From contig CAWDEM010000008.1 in the NCBI GenBank assembly GCA_963801355.1, positions 2,016,001-2,080,000 on the forward strand: DNA of 64,000 nucleotides, in the 5' to 3' direction. Position 1 is the first letter of the stretch; each line of letters starts with the position of its first letter. The stretch is from Ignavibacteriota bacterium (GTDB lineage Bacteria; Bacteroidota; Ignavibacteria; UBA10030; UBA6906). Under the pieces are notes generated by a model. The model was not told the DNA's origin. It was given only the letters and a program-made list of their open reading frames with translations, and searched no databases. Positions 28,286 through 38,553 of this stretch are shown piece after piece. The translations under genes and the position numbers were made by a program.

Positions 28286-30439
28286 TTATTGAGTGCTCTC
28301 TTTCCTCTTATCATTCGGGAGCGGAAACGAAAGCGTAAACGTGCTTCCCTTGCCGACTTCGCTTACCACCTCGATTGTACCTGCGTGCGCCTCGATGGTT
28401 TCCTTGACCAGTGTCAGACCTATGCCGCTCCCCGGGATGTTTCTTCCGTCTTGCAGCGGAGCGCGATAGAATTTGTCAAAGATCCTCTCGCTATCCTTCT
28501 TGCTTATTCCGATACCGTGATCGGTCACTGCAACGAGGATAGCATTGTTTTGGAGTCTGGCAGATACCTCAACGACCTTTTCATTGCGGGAATACTTGAC
28601 GGCGTTATCCAGAAGATTCAGCAATGCCTGTTCATACGCCTCCACATCCAGAGTACATGGTGGCAAATTGCTCTCGATGTTCTCTTTGATGGCGACTCCT
28701 TGCCCATCGACGAGCAAACGGAAACGCTCAATCGCCTTCTCAGTTGCATCGCGAATCGAGGTGACTTCCGTCCGGTATGTTTTCTTCCCTCTGTCGACTC
28801 GCGAGAAATCGAGAATGTTCTCAACCAGATGGGTGAGGCGCTGGGCTTCGCGTTCGATCAAATGAAAGTACTCCCGTTGTTGTTCCTGGCCCGTGACCCA
28901 ACCTTCGTTCAAGTTCTCCGAGAGTGTTCTGATTGTGGCGATAGGAGTCTTAATCTCATGGGAAACGTTGGCAATGAACTCGGATTTCATCACCGCAATC
29001 CGCTCCTCACGTGAGATATCCCGCAGGATGAAGACTATCCCAAACGCGATCAACACGATAACCGAAGCGAGAAGGACGTAGTAGACAAGCAGACTTTTCG
29101 AGGAGATCGCCTCAAGAGGATCCTCCCCCTTCGTAACCAATGCCAGCTTGGTTCCTGAAGCGAGCTGTTCAAATCGGGCAAACGGTTGCGTTAAGACGAC
29201 TGATGCTGTTGCCAATTCCGATGGAGCGAGAATGTTGTTCGCCGTATCAATCAAAGCGATGCGAACATCTTCGCTTGGCTGTGATTGTTTCAGTGCCGAC
29301 AGAGCAGCCTCCGTGAGCGCATCCTGTCGCATCCTGAAACCAACAAACCTGATGAAGGATTGCTCATCATCGTTGGCACCCACTGCAGTGGTCCAAAGAG
29401 CACTGTCAACTGTCGCGGAGAAATATCGAATCTCGCTCTTCTCCCGGCGATTACTGAATCGGAGATTCCCCTTGCCGCGGGAGTCAAGGTCCTGCCTGAT
29501 TTTCGGAACTATTGCCGTCAAAAGCATTTCACGGAAGCGTTGCTCATCCCCAATTTCTTTTTCGAGCGTTGCGATCGAATCCAGTGCGGCCCGCTGAGAT
29601 GGGGATAAAGAGTGTTGTTGACGCTCCAATCGCGATTTCACCTGATTGAGAAAGAACTCATATTGTGCGCGTTCGCATTTGTCGAATTGCACAATGAGCA
29701 TCTTGTAGAAGTCGAGCATCTCATTGCCCGTTACCAGGGAGGAACCATTCTCTTTCGCCATCTCAAGAAGCTGTAGGCGGGCAACGAGAACGTACGGCAT
29801 TCCCTCGCCGTAGAACTGATTGTGATCCTCGTTGATTATTCTCTGATAGGTCCTCCGGGCATTCCCAAAGTCGGTCTTTTTGAACTGGCACCGGGCAATG
29901 CGTGAGAGAAACGCGGATTGGAGGGGTTTGGAGAGCCTGGAAGAAAAGCCTCTTTGATATTCTGTTAGAGCTTCATCAAGTTTCCCCTGAACCTCAAGAA
30001 GATCTCCGGCACCGAGATACTCACTTTCTTGGAGACGCAACATGCTCCGATCTCTCATGTCGTCGACGCCCACGTCCCGAAAGGTCTTGGGAAAAACCAC
30101 TCGAAGGTTGTTATCGAGGAAGAAGACACCTTGCACGACAGAAGATTGCGTACTGAAGTTTCGGAGAGAATCGATGTGGCTCGTAGTCAGTTGACGAGGA
30201 GGCGAAAGTTGCCGGAACGAGGCGCGGATCTGATCATTCAAATCAGATTCAATGTAGTCAACCGCCAGCGAAAGAGATCTCTTGAGGTTTTCCAGCACAA
30301 GCTGTTGTTGCCACTGCTTTTCTTGCTTGATGGACTTGAGGCCCAGGTAACCGAGAAACACGCAGGGAATCAGAACGGCGATGACAAATATCGTCACGAC
30401 GCGCTTTCGCAGCCTGGGCTTTAGCACTCTACCGATCAT
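28286..30439 (-). CDS. Sensor histidine kinase with large TPR-like periplasmic domain
   Basis: Two TM helices, a helical periplasmic region (GKLDEALTEYQ...IARCQFKKTDFGNARRTYQRI), SHEIKTP, NLLDNAVKY and GSGIGL. Start could be 30445 (TTG). Confidence 0.92.
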   Translation of the reverse strand: MIGRVLKPRLRKRVVTIFVIAVLIPCVFLGYLGLKSIKQEKQWQQQLVLENLKRSLSLAVDYIESDLNDQIRASFRQLSPPRQLTTSHIDSLRNFSTQSSVVQGVFFLDNNLRVVFPKTFRDVGVDDMRDRSMLRLQESEYLGAGDLLEVQGKLDEALTEYQRGFSSRLSKPLQSAFLSRIARCQFKKTDFGNARRTYQRIINEDHNQFYGEGMPYVLVARLQLLEMAKENGSSLVTGNEMLDFYKMLIVQFDKCERAQYEFFLNQVKSRLERQQHSLSPSQRAALDSIATLEKEIGDEQRFREMLLTAIVPKIRQDLDSRGKGNLRFSNRREKSEIRYFSATVDSALWTTAVGANDDEQSFIRFVGFRMRQDALTEAALSALKQSQPSEDVRIALIDTANNILAPSELATASVVLTQPFARFEQLASGTKLALVTKGEDPLEAISSKSLLVYYVLLASVIVLIAFGIVFILRDISREERIAVMKSEFIANVSHEIKTPIATIRTLSENLNEGWVTGQEQQREYFHLIEREAQRLTHLVENILDFSRVDRGKKTYRTEVTSIRDATEKAIERFRLLVDGQGVAIKENIESNLPPCTLDVEAYEQALLNLLDNAVKYSRNEKVVEVSARLQNNAILVAVTDHGIGISKKDSERIFDKFYRAPLQDGRNIPGSGIGLTLVKETIEAHAGTIEVVSEVGKGSTFTLSFPLPNDKRKESTQ

Positions 30440-30490
30440 GGGCAAGACTTCAATTCAATCGTGGGAAGGATAACGAATCCAGTGAAGCGT

Positions 30491-30528
30491 ATTGTCAGGA
30501 AATCGTCGGAATTTGTCAAAAATTGTTG
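30491..30528 (-). promoter_or_regulatory. Four phased TGTCA-like half-sites upstream of the kinase-regulator operon
   Basis: TGTCA 30493, CGTCG 30504, TGTCA 30514, TGTTG 30524. Confidence 0.5.
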
Positions 30529-31050
30529 AGATTGCCCTCATCGGCCGAGCAGACTCATACCCGCACTCTGTTTGACCACATAATTCATCTCTCAAAGTTC
30601 TTCCGCTATTCGTTCACGTTGGTCCTCTAAGGAGCTGCCCGGGATCAGAAAAGGAATGATACTTTCCTTTTCGGCTTCATAGACTTCTCTTCCATGGAAA
30701 ACTATCCTCAGGGGGGACATGTTGAGGGGATTACTACTAAGCTACCAGAGTCGACAATGAAACGCAATCCGGCCACTCGGCAACATAGTTACGTTTCCTT
30801 TTCACGCGCCTGCACTGTATTGCCCATTGGCTGGTGTTAGGCTGCTCGACCAAGGTGTGCCTGAACAGGTCGGAGAAGGGGATCAGGAGATGGGTGATAC
30901 AAATTCGGAATGCGCCGGGCAGAGATCGACCGGCAAATTCCACCTCGTGCAAAATACAACTCTCGCCGCCGTCGTCTTTGTGCCGTGTGCCCTGGCATCC
31001 ATGATTGCATGGATGCTGTGCAATCGGTTGAATCTCGAGAAATAAGGAAA

Positions 31051-31077
31051 TCCCCGAATCTGTTCTGGATTCGGGGA
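31051..31077 (-). terminator. Hairpin immediately downstream of tRNA-Thr
   Basis: TCCCCGAATC-N7-GATTCGGGGA, followed by TTTCCTTATTT on the minus strand. Confidence 0.7.
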
Positions 31078-31081
31078 ATCT

Positions 31082-31157
31082 TGGAGCTGGCGGGCGGATT
31101 TGAACCGTCGACCTGCTGATTACGAATCAGCTGCTCTACCAGCTGAGCTACGCCAGC
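31082..31157 (-). tRNA. tRNA-Thr(CGT)
   Basis: Reverse complement GCTGGCGTAGCTCAGCTGGTAGAGCAGCTGATTCGTAATCAGCAGGTCGACGGTTCAAATCCGCCCGCCAGCTCCA: 76 nt, cloverleaf, CGT anticodon, encoded CCA. Confidence 0.97.
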
Positions 31158-31220
31158 ACATCGTGGGCTCCCTCATTTCTGCCACACAATCGCTAAGTAT
31201 ACGCACTTTTGATCAGGGAA

Positions 31221-31970
31221 TCAACTCGTCTGATGGTCCATGTCGTAGAGCAGAACGGGTTTCGGATGCACCTTCCTCATCCGGATATTCAACATCTCCA
31301 CAAACACCGAGAACGCCATCGCAAAATATATATACCCCTTGGAGATGTGCTGATGAAGCCCCTCTGCAACCAGCGTCACACCGATCAGGAGAAGGAAACT
31401 CAAGGCAAGCATGGTAATGGTGGGGTGCCGGTGCACAAATCTGCCGAGAGCGCCCGAGGACACCATCATGACGATCACCGCTATGACAATTGCAGCAATC
31501 ATGATCCCCACCTGATTGGCCATGCCAACCGCCGTTATGACGGAATCCAAGGAGAAAACAATATCCAGAATCATGATCTGGAAGATCGTCCCCCAGAAAG
31601 ACATGACCTTCCGCGCCACTTTTCTGTGATCCTCCGGTCCCTCCAATTTGTCATGGATCTCAAAGGTGCTTTTGGCGATCAGGAAAAGTCCGCCACATAT
31701 CAAAATCAAATCACGCCCCGAGACGAAGAAGCCCAGCACATCGAACAATGGTCGGGTCAACTTCATGATGGCCGAAAGTGAGAGAAGGAGCAGCACGCGC
31801 GTCACCATTGCCCCGGCGAGCCCGACGGTCCGTCCTCGCTGCTGCTGGTGCGGCGGCAACTTGCCGGTAAGTATCGATATGAATATGATGTTGTCGATCC
31901 CCAGGACGATTTCCAGCACCGTCAGGGTGACAAGCGCGATCCAGGATTCAGGTTGGAAAATCCATTCCAT
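31221..31970 (-). CDS. terC: TerC-family membrane protein
   Basis: LEIVLGIDNIIFI, GGLFLIAKSTFEIH and DIVFSLDSVITAVG signature motifs. Confidence 0.92.
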   Translation of the reverse strand: MEWIFQPESWIALVTLTVLEIVLGIDNIIFISILTGKLPPHQQQRGRTVGLAGAMVTRVLLLLSLSAIMKLTRPLFDVLGFFVSGRDLILICGGLFLIAKSTFEIHDKLEGPEDHRKVARKVMSFWGTIFQIMILDIVFSLDSVITAVGMANQVGIMIAAIVIAVIVMMVSSGALGRFVHRHPTITMLALSFLLLIGVTLVAEGLHQHISKGYIYFAMAFSVFVEMLNIRMRKVHPKPVLLYDMDHQTS

Positions 31971-32013
31971 TGGGGTCTCTCTCTCTATTCACTGTTGCCA
32001 TGCTTCACTGTTC

Positions 32014-34638
32014 CTATTCCAGCAACTTCAGCGCCTCATGAATCAGCGTCTCTACTTTCCGGCGTGTGTCGCCCGAGACCTGCATGGTCTCGAGAGTCTT
32101 GAGCGTCGACTCGGCCCGAGGCCGGATCAGCGCAGCTTCTTCTGTTGCCGATGCAGGTTTCAATGACATCCGGTTGCCCGTCTGCACCGCAAGAACCAGA
32201 TCCTCCGGCGACCATTCCTTCGGCCATGCGTTGTTGAGCAGTGTCATTGCCCGGTACATCCTGTGAATAGCGCCGGGAACCGCCGCTACCCGGGCAGTTG
32301 GTATGCCCTTCAACACGATCTCCCGCTGCCGGGTCGCAGCACCGCTGGGCACGCACACAACCACCGCCATTTTCTCTCCGTCATACCACCAGCCTGTCGA
32401 GTCGCCCGGGTTTGCCGACCGCACAGTCTGCCCATCGCATTCAACGGCAGATGGTGGCCACGTCATGAGACACCGCAACTCGAAAGCCCGGATAGGCAAC
32501 ATGTCCGGGAACGAGCCTTCCCGCGGACCAATAGTCACGTGCATCGTTCCACCCGCTTCCAAGCGTGAGCGTACCGGCGTCCATGCATATTCCCCCCGCT
32601 GGTATCCGAGCGAGTTGCCTTCATCTTCGTACACGCGCACTGACCCGTTGCCGCCGGGGAAGATATTCAGAATCAGAGGGTCCACGGACCGCTCACCGGT
32701 GCGCAGCATATCGGGCTGCATGGGTACGATGGCTCCCGCCCGGACAAACACAGGTACTTCATCCACGGTATACCGGCGTTCGAGCTTCACCGGACCGCTG
32801 ATCCGGGCCCCGCTGCTCCACTCCACCCACATGCCCGGCGGCAGCCAGACCTGCCGTACAGCATCCTGACTGGTCGTATCCACCGGAGCCACCACCGGGG
32901 CCACAATCATATCATTCCCAAAATAGTACTGATCAGTCGACTCATACGCTTCGGGTGCTTCGGGATGCTCATAATAGAGCGGACGCACGACGGAAATTCC
33001 TTCATCATAGGCACGGCGGGCAGCTGTGTAGATATACGGTATCATGGCGTACCGCAATCTGTACGCCTCACGCATTGCCAAGAAGTACTCGTGCGGATAT
33101 GCCCATATCCGCCGTTCGGCACCGGGGTTCTTCGTCGTATGCGTGCGAAGTATCGGACTGAATGCGCCGAACTGCAACCAACGGGTGTACAGTTCGGGGG
33201 CGACCACGCCGGGCATGTGACCGCCGATGTCATGGCTCCAGAAGCCAAAACCCACATTTGCGGCCGTTGCCGTAAAATAGGGCTGGAACGCAAGCGATTC
33301 CCAGACGGAGAAGGCATCTCCCGAAAACCCCACTTGATACCGGTGGTTTCCCAATCCTCCCCAGCGATGGAACAATAATGGGCGCGCCCGGTTCTGCCGC
33401 TCCATGTCCGAGAAGAAGACGTAGTTCAACCACCATGTCGGAGTGACGCCCGGAATCTTGGTTGTTCCCCACTGTTGCCAATCCAGCCACCAGAAATCAA
33501 TGCCGCGTTTCTCAAGCGGGTGGATGACATGCTCGAAGTAGTTGAGGGCGAAGCGCTTATCAACGATGTCAAACGGTACATATTTCTTGCTCGCGGGATC
33601 AATCCCCATGGCACGGGCCATGGGGGGATACTGCTCCTCATGCGGCTGTATGCCCGAAGCAGGATGTATGTTCAGTGTCGACTTCAAGCCGTGATCATCA
33701 CACCAGCGGAGGAATCCGTCAGGATCGGGAAAAAATGCGCGATCCCACGTATACCCTGTCCATCCAAGCCTCTGGCCGGCCTGGTCACGGACATCTTTGT
33801 CCCATCTCTGGTTAAACGTGAGGTGCCAGTCCATGTCAACGACGAGAACATCGAGTGGGACGTTATGCATGCGGAATTCTCCCACAAGCTGCCGGAGCTC
33901 ACTATCTGTGTACGCCCAGTACCGCGACCACCATGCACCAAAGGCGAATCGCGGCGGCATGGGAATCTTGCCGGCCACCCGCATGAAATCGCCGAGCGCA
34001 TCCTTATAGGCGTGGCCGTACCCGAGGAAATACCAGTCCTGCCGGTCTCCTTCCGGCCTGCGTACCACCCACGGCCACTCGCTGTTGTCGAATAGCTGAG
34101 TCTGGGTTTCATCCACGACCACCCACCCGTCGCGTGAGAGGAGTCCGGGTTCAAGAGCCGTCGACCCCTTCACTCCGTCGAGAGTCCGAGTCGTCCCGAA
34201 CAGGTTGGCAGTGTCTTTCATCCCGGGACGCCATGTCATAGCTGCTGCTTTGTTCGGGCTCCCGGCATCACCCACGAGCCGGACCCGGATGCTGAGATTT
34301 TCCTCGCCGAACCGGCCGCTGTTTTCCCGGTACCTCAGTGTGAGGTGCTCCGTCGCGATCTCCAACCAGCCGCTTTCGCGGCGCGTGTCAAACCGGGGTA
34401 CCGGAAGCCGGCGATTGAGAAACACGAGCGACGCACGGTCTTCGAACGCACTGTCAGCCGCCCATTCCATGCGCAGAAGCCGGGATGTCAGGACTGTGAA
34501 CCGGACATTCCCGCTCCTCACAACGGCAGCATCATCAGCACGGGGATCCGTCACTTCCCCCGCGCTTACCGTGGAGGCAAGCAGCATCATGACCGCAGCA
34601 CTCCAGGTGCTCCACATGACGCGCAGAATGGTTTTCAT
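32014..34638 (-). CDS. Secreted GH31 alpha-glucosidase/alpha-xylosidase-family glycoside hydrolase
   Basis: Signal peptide, GAWWSRYW, VVDMDWH, GIDFWWLDWQQ nucleophile motif, HRYQVGFSGD and WSHDIGGH. Confidence 0.92.
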   Translation of the reverse strand: MKTILRVMWSTWSAAVMMLLASTVSAGEVTDPRADDAAVVRSGNVRFTVLTSRLLRMEWAADSAFEDRASLVFLNRRLPVPRFDTRRESGWLEIATEHLTLRYRENSGRFGEENLSIRVRLVGDAGSPNKAAAMTWRPGMKDTANLFGTTRTLDGVKGSTALEPGLLSRDGWVVVDETQTQLFDNSEWPWVVRRPEGDRQDWYFLGYGHAYKDALGDFMRVAGKIPMPPRFAFGAWWSRYWAYTDSELRQLVGEFRMHNVPLDVLVVDMDWHLTFNQRWDKDVRDQAGQRLGWTGYTWDRAFFPDPDGFLRWCDDHGLKSTLNIHPASGIQPHEEQYPPMARAMGIDPASKKYVPFDIVDKRFALNYFEHVIHPLEKRGIDFWWLDWQQWGTTKIPGVTPTWWLNYVFFSDMERQNRARPLLFHRWGGLGNHRYQVGFSGDAFSVWESLAFQPYFTATAANVGFGFWSHDIGGHMPGVVAPELYTRWLQFGAFSPILRTHTTKNPGAERRIWAYPHEYFLAMREAYRLRYAMIPYIYTAARRAYDEGISVVRPLYYEHPEAPEAYESTDQYYFGNDMIVAPVVAPVDTTSQDAVRQVWLPPGMWVEWSSGARISGPVKLERRYTVDEVPVFVRAGAIVPMQPDMLRTGERSVDPLILNIFPGGNGSVRVYEDEGNSLGYQRGEYAWTPVRSRLEAGGTMHVTIGPREGSFPDMLPIRAFELRCLMTWPPSAVECDGQTVRSANPGDSTGWWYDGEKMAVVVCVPSGAATRQREIVLKGIPTARVAAVPGAIHRMYRAMTLLNNAWPKEWSPEDLVLAVQTGNRMSLKPASATEEAALIRPRAESTLKTLETMQVSGDTRRKVETLIHEALKLLE

Positions 34639-34684
34639 GAGTGCATCCTCATTCCTTTCTGGCCCATTTTCATTTCGGGGAGGA

Positions 34685-35356
34685 TCACGCCGGAACGATG
34701 GGAAAATATCGGGCATTGACGTTGCGCGCGACAACGAAAGCGCAGTAGGCAAAGAACGGCGCTGCAAAGACGTCGATGCTGTAATGGGTGTGCTGCCACA
34801 ATACGCAGATCGCCACGCCGGCGACAAAAAGGAGGAATACCGCTCGTGATGTCTTCGAGGGCATAACGAGGAAAAGGAGAAATAACGTTGAGGTATGACC
34901 GGAGAAAAAGAGGTCCTTTGTCAGTGTTGTACCGGTACCGAAGAGCTCAACAAAGGGGTCCCGTAATGCAATCATAGCCGCGGGCGGATCCAGCGGCGTC
35001 AACGCCATCGCTATGATGCGAAATACGACCATGACAACGTACGATTGAAATACGAGCACGCACCGCTCGGGATAGCGGGACAGCAACAGGATGCCCGTGG
35101 CTATTCCCCCATAGATGAATCCGAATGTCACCCAGTTGACATCCTTCGGGCTGAATAGCCGCAGGAGCGGGTCGTCGAGCACACTTCCCGGACGCGTTTC
35201 CACGGCGAGAAGGAAGCGCGTGAGAACGACAAGGGTGACCACAAGCGCGGGCATGGCTATGAACACACGCAGGCGAAAACCCCTGGAGAGCCAGGCGGCA
35301 CGCCAGAGACCGGAGACAGGTGCAAGAGTCATGAAAAAAGCTATAAACTCCCTCAT
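34685..35356 (-). CDS. PAP2-superfamily, sphingomyelin-synthase-like membrane phosphotransferase
   Basis: About 6 TM helices with TKDLFFSGHT and HTHYSIDV motifs. Confidence 0.8.
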   Translation of the reverse strand: MREFIAFFMTLAPVSGLWRAAWLSRGFRLRVFIAMPALVVTLVVLTRFLLAVETRPGSVLDDPLLRLFSPKDVNWVTFGFIYGGIATGILLLSRYPERCVLVFQSYVVMVVFRIIAMALTPLDPPAAMIALRDPFVELFGTGTTLTKDLFFSGHTSTLFLLFLVMPSKTSRAVFLLFVAGVAICVLWQHTHYSIDVFAAPFFAYCAFVVARNVNARYFPIVPA

Positions 35357-35370
35357 CGAAAGTCAACGCC

Positions 35371-38300
35371 TTAATCGGCCTGCATCTCTGGAACGGCTTC
35401 CGCAGGCCGCGGCTTCCATGGGGCTCGTGCAGCCCAGGCAACGCGTTTGAACAGCGCGGGCACGCGGGTCCGCAGCCCGTCTACGTACGTGTACACCACG
35501 GGCACGAGCACGAGCGTCAGCAGTGTCGAGCTTATGAGGCCGCCAATGACCACCACCGCCATTCCCTGCCGCATCTCCGACCCGGATCCAAGCGCGAGAG
35601 CCAACGGCATCATCCCGAAGATCATTGTTGCCGTGGTCATGACGATCGGCCGCAATCGTGTTTTTCCGGCTTCCAGCAACGCCTCACGCATGGCCAGCCC
35701 GCGAGAACGCAACGTGTTGGTGAAATCCACAAGTAATATCGCATTCTTGGTTACCAGACCCATCAACATGATGATGCCGATCATGCTGAACATGTTCAGG
35801 GTCGACCCCGTCAGCGCGAGGCCCCCCAGGGCCCCCACCAGTGCCACGGGGAGCGCGAACATGATGGTGAACGGATGAACGTATGACTCGAAGAGGCTGA
35901 CCATGATGATGTACACGAACAGGATGGCCATGCTCAGGGCAAGGGTCATATCGCTGAACATGTCCCGCATATTCTCGGTATCACCGCCGTAGAAGACCCG
36001 CACGCCTACAGGGATCCCGGCCGCGTTGATCGCTTGCTCTACTTCGGCGTTCACTTGCCCCAGCGGCACTTCTCCCGACATGTTCGCCGCGATAGTCACC
36101 AACCGCTCACGGTCCTTGCGGGAAACGACCGATGGGCCTTTCCCATAGAAGATATTCGCAAGCTGACTGAGTTGCACAGACTGACCGTAACGGTTAATCA
36201 GAGTGATATGGCCGACATCCTCGGCCCGCGTGCGGCTCGCCTTGTCAAACACGACGCGCAAGTCGAATTCCGTGTCTCCTTCCTGGTACTTGGTCGGCAG
36301 ATCTCCCTCAATGGCCGCACGCACTGCCAGACCCACTTCCGCGAGCGTGAGTCCCATCCGTGCCACCTTGTCCCGGTCGACCTCAATCTTCACTTCGGGT
36401 TTGCCTTCCTCCCAGGAACTTGTGACATCCGCCGTCCCCCTGGCCCCGATGACGATCCCCTTTACCTGTTCCGAGAACGCGACAACCTGCTGGAGATCGG
36501 GCCCCATGATCTCCACCTGGAATGGAGCTGCGTTGGCCATACCCCACATGCCGATCGTGCTGAAGCTCGTGGTGAGCCCGGGGATGTCACTGCTCTTGTG
36601 CTTGATCTCCATCATGATGGCGCGTGTGGATCGCGCGCGTTTCCGCTTGTCCAGCAGCTTGACCTGCACCTGCCCGAGATTCGATTGATTGGCGTTCTTC
36701 CACTGGCTCTGCTGGTATCCGGTGGTGCAGAGGTATCGCTCGACTTCCGGCAGCGAGGCGACCAGCTTTTCTACCTCGCGCACGGCCTGATCGGTCTTCT
36801 GAATCGTTGTGCCGAGAGGCATATCGATATTGATGGCAAATTCGCCGCGATCCGAATCGGTCATGAATTCGGTCCCGATGATCCCCGCGGGGTACACGAG
36901 TGCCATGCTTGCCATCAAGAGACCGCCGCTGATGGCAAGAATTGACCTGCGGTGTCCCAGCGCCCAGGCGAGCACCGAGCGATACTGCTCCCCAAGCGCA
37001 TCCTGCAAACCCTCAGACCAGCTGATGAACCTGCCGATGAAGGAAGTTCGCGAATGCTCAATCAGCCGCGCCCAGCGCGAAGCGAGCATCGGCGTGAGCG
37101 TGAACGACACAAGGAGGGAGAGCAGTGTGGACGCCACGATCGTCAATCCAAATTCACCGAAGATACGTCCTACCACCCCTCCGACCAGGGATATCGGAAG
37201 AAACACCACGACGTCCACCAGCGTTATGGCAATTGCAGCAAAGCCGATCTCACCCCGCCCGACAATCGCAGCGTGGACGGGGTCCTCACCTTTTTCGAGA
37301 TGCCGGTGGATGTTCTCAAGAACAACAATGGAGTCGTCGACCAGGATACCGATGACCAGCGCCAGCGCCATTAAGGAGACAAGGTTCAGCGTGAAGCCAA
37401 GCAACCACATGAAAAAGTACGTCGAAATGAGCGACGTGGGGATGGCGAGCAGCACGATCAGTGAATTCCGCGCACTATGGAGGAAGAAGAACAGCACGAG
37501 TGCAACCATGAGGATGGACAGCAGAAGATCGCGTTGCACCTCGGCGAGCGAATTGCGGGTGAAGTTCGTGATGTCCTGGGCGATCACAAACTGCACTCTG
37601 TTTCCCGTTTCCTGCTCCAGCTTCCGCATCGTCTCCTGGAGCATGCTGCTGGTTCTCACCGAATTTGCATCCGACTGTTTCTGGATGATGATGGCGATGG
37701 AGCTTTCGCCGTTGAGCCGGCTCAACGTGTAGTCCTCGCGCACGCCATCGACCACATTCGCGACGTCTTTCACGTACACAACACCCTGCGGGAGGGCCGC
37801 TATCACGGTATTGCGAATTTCCTCCAGGCTCTTGAATTTGCCCGCGAGCCGAACAATGTACTGATTCAACTCTTCATCGATTTTCCCCGTCGGGAAATCC
37901 AGGTTTTCCCGGCCCATTGCCTGGGATACCTGGAGTATGGAGATGCCGTAGGAGTTCAGCTTTTGATTGTCCACTTCCACGCGGACCTCCCTCTCCTGGC
38001 CCCCCATGAGCGTCACCGACGACACTCCCTCCACCTGCTCGATCCGCGGCTTGATGCGATCCTTCAGATACTGGAACAGCTCACGCGGCGGCATCTGGCC
38101 TGTGGCCGAGACGCGCAAAATGGGGAAAGCATTCATGTCGGCCTTGGAGACCCTGGGCGCTTTTGCATCCTCGGGGAGCTTGGAACGGGTCTGCTCCACA
38201 ACCCGTTGCACGTCATTGGTCACCTGGTCCACCTGCGCGCTCATCGAGAACTGCGCCAGCACCACGGAGACTCCTTCATACGAGTAGGAGCGGAGGTTGT

Positions 38301-38532
38301 CCAGTTTGCTGACGCCGCTGATTGCTTCCTCGAGAGGTTTGGAGACGAGCGATTCCACTTCCTTGGGTCCGGCGCCGGGGTACACCGTGACAATCGAGAC
38401 GTACGGCCAGTCCATTTTCGGCAGCAGGTCTGTACTCATTCTGGAGTAGCCGAAGATCCCGAGAACGCCGAGCGTGACGAAGATCATCGTCATGAACGCC
38501 GGGCGGCGTATGGCAACTTCAGTTATCTTCAT
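35371..38532 (-). CDS. RND efflux permease (AcrB/AcrD/AcrF family)
   Basis: GILVDDSIVVLENI, TLTPML, GLVTKNAILLVDF and RLRPIVMTT; 1053 aa. Confidence 0.96.
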   Translation of the reverse strand: MKITEVAIRRPAFMTMIFVTLGVLGIFGYSRMSTDLLPKMDWPYVSIVTVYPGAGPKEVESLVSKPLEEAISGVSKLDNLRSYSYEGVSVVLAQFSMSAQVDQVTNDVQRVVEQTRSKLPEDAKAPRVSKADMNAFPILRVSATGQMPPRELFQYLKDRIKPRIEQVEGVSSVTLMGGQEREVRVEVDNQKLNSYGISILQVSQAMGRENLDFPTGKIDEELNQYIVRLAGKFKSLEEIRNTVIAALPQGVVYVKDVANVVDGVREDYTLSRLNGESSIAIIIQKQSDANSVRTSSMLQETMRKLEQETGNRVQFVIAQDITNFTRNSLAEVQRDLLLSILMVALVLFFFLHSARNSLIVLLAIPTSLISTYFFMWLLGFTLNLVSLMALALVIGILVDDSIVVLENIHRHLEKGEDPVHAAIVGRGEIGFAAIAITLVDVVVFLPISLVGGVVGRIFGEFGLTIVASTLLSLLVSFTLTPMLASRWARLIEHSRTSFIGRFISWSEGLQDALGEQYRSVLAWALGHRRSILAISGGLLMASMALVYPAGIIGTEFMTDSDRGEFAINIDMPLGTTIQKTDQAVREVEKLVASLPEVERYLCTTGYQQSQWKNANQSNLGQVQVKLLDKRKRARSTRAIMMEIKHKSSDIPGLTTSFSTIGMWGMANAAPFQVEIMGPDLQQVVAFSEQVKGIVIGARGTADVTSSWEEGKPEVKIEVDRDKVARMGLTLAEVGLAVRAAIEGDLPTKYQEGDTEFDLRVVFDKASRTRAEDVGHITLINRYGQSVQLSQLANIFYGKGPSVVSRKDRERLVTIAANMSGEVPLGQVNAEVEQAINAAGIPVGVRVFYGGDTENMRDMFSDMTLALSMAILFVYIIMVSLFESYVHPFTIMFALPVALVGALGGLALTGSTLNMFSMIGIIMLMGLVTKNAILLVDFTNTLRSRGLAMREALLEAGKTRLRPIVMTTATMIFGMMPLALALGSGSEMRQGMAVVVIGGLISSTLLTLVLVPVVYTYVDGLRTRVPALFKRVAWAARAPWKPRPAEAVPEMQAD

Positions 38533-38553
38533 TTTCGGAAATCCTGGTATGTC

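Noticed and set aside
30737-31045. Tyrosine integrase remnant next to the tRNA (DLFRHT, LLDQGVP fragments)
   Set aside because: The fragments lie on opposite strands and lack HxxR, LGH and Y in order; the similarity is too weak.
31971-32013. yybP-ykoY (Mn) riboswitch upstream of terC
   Set aside because: There are only 43 bp of intergenic sequence and no recognisable motif.
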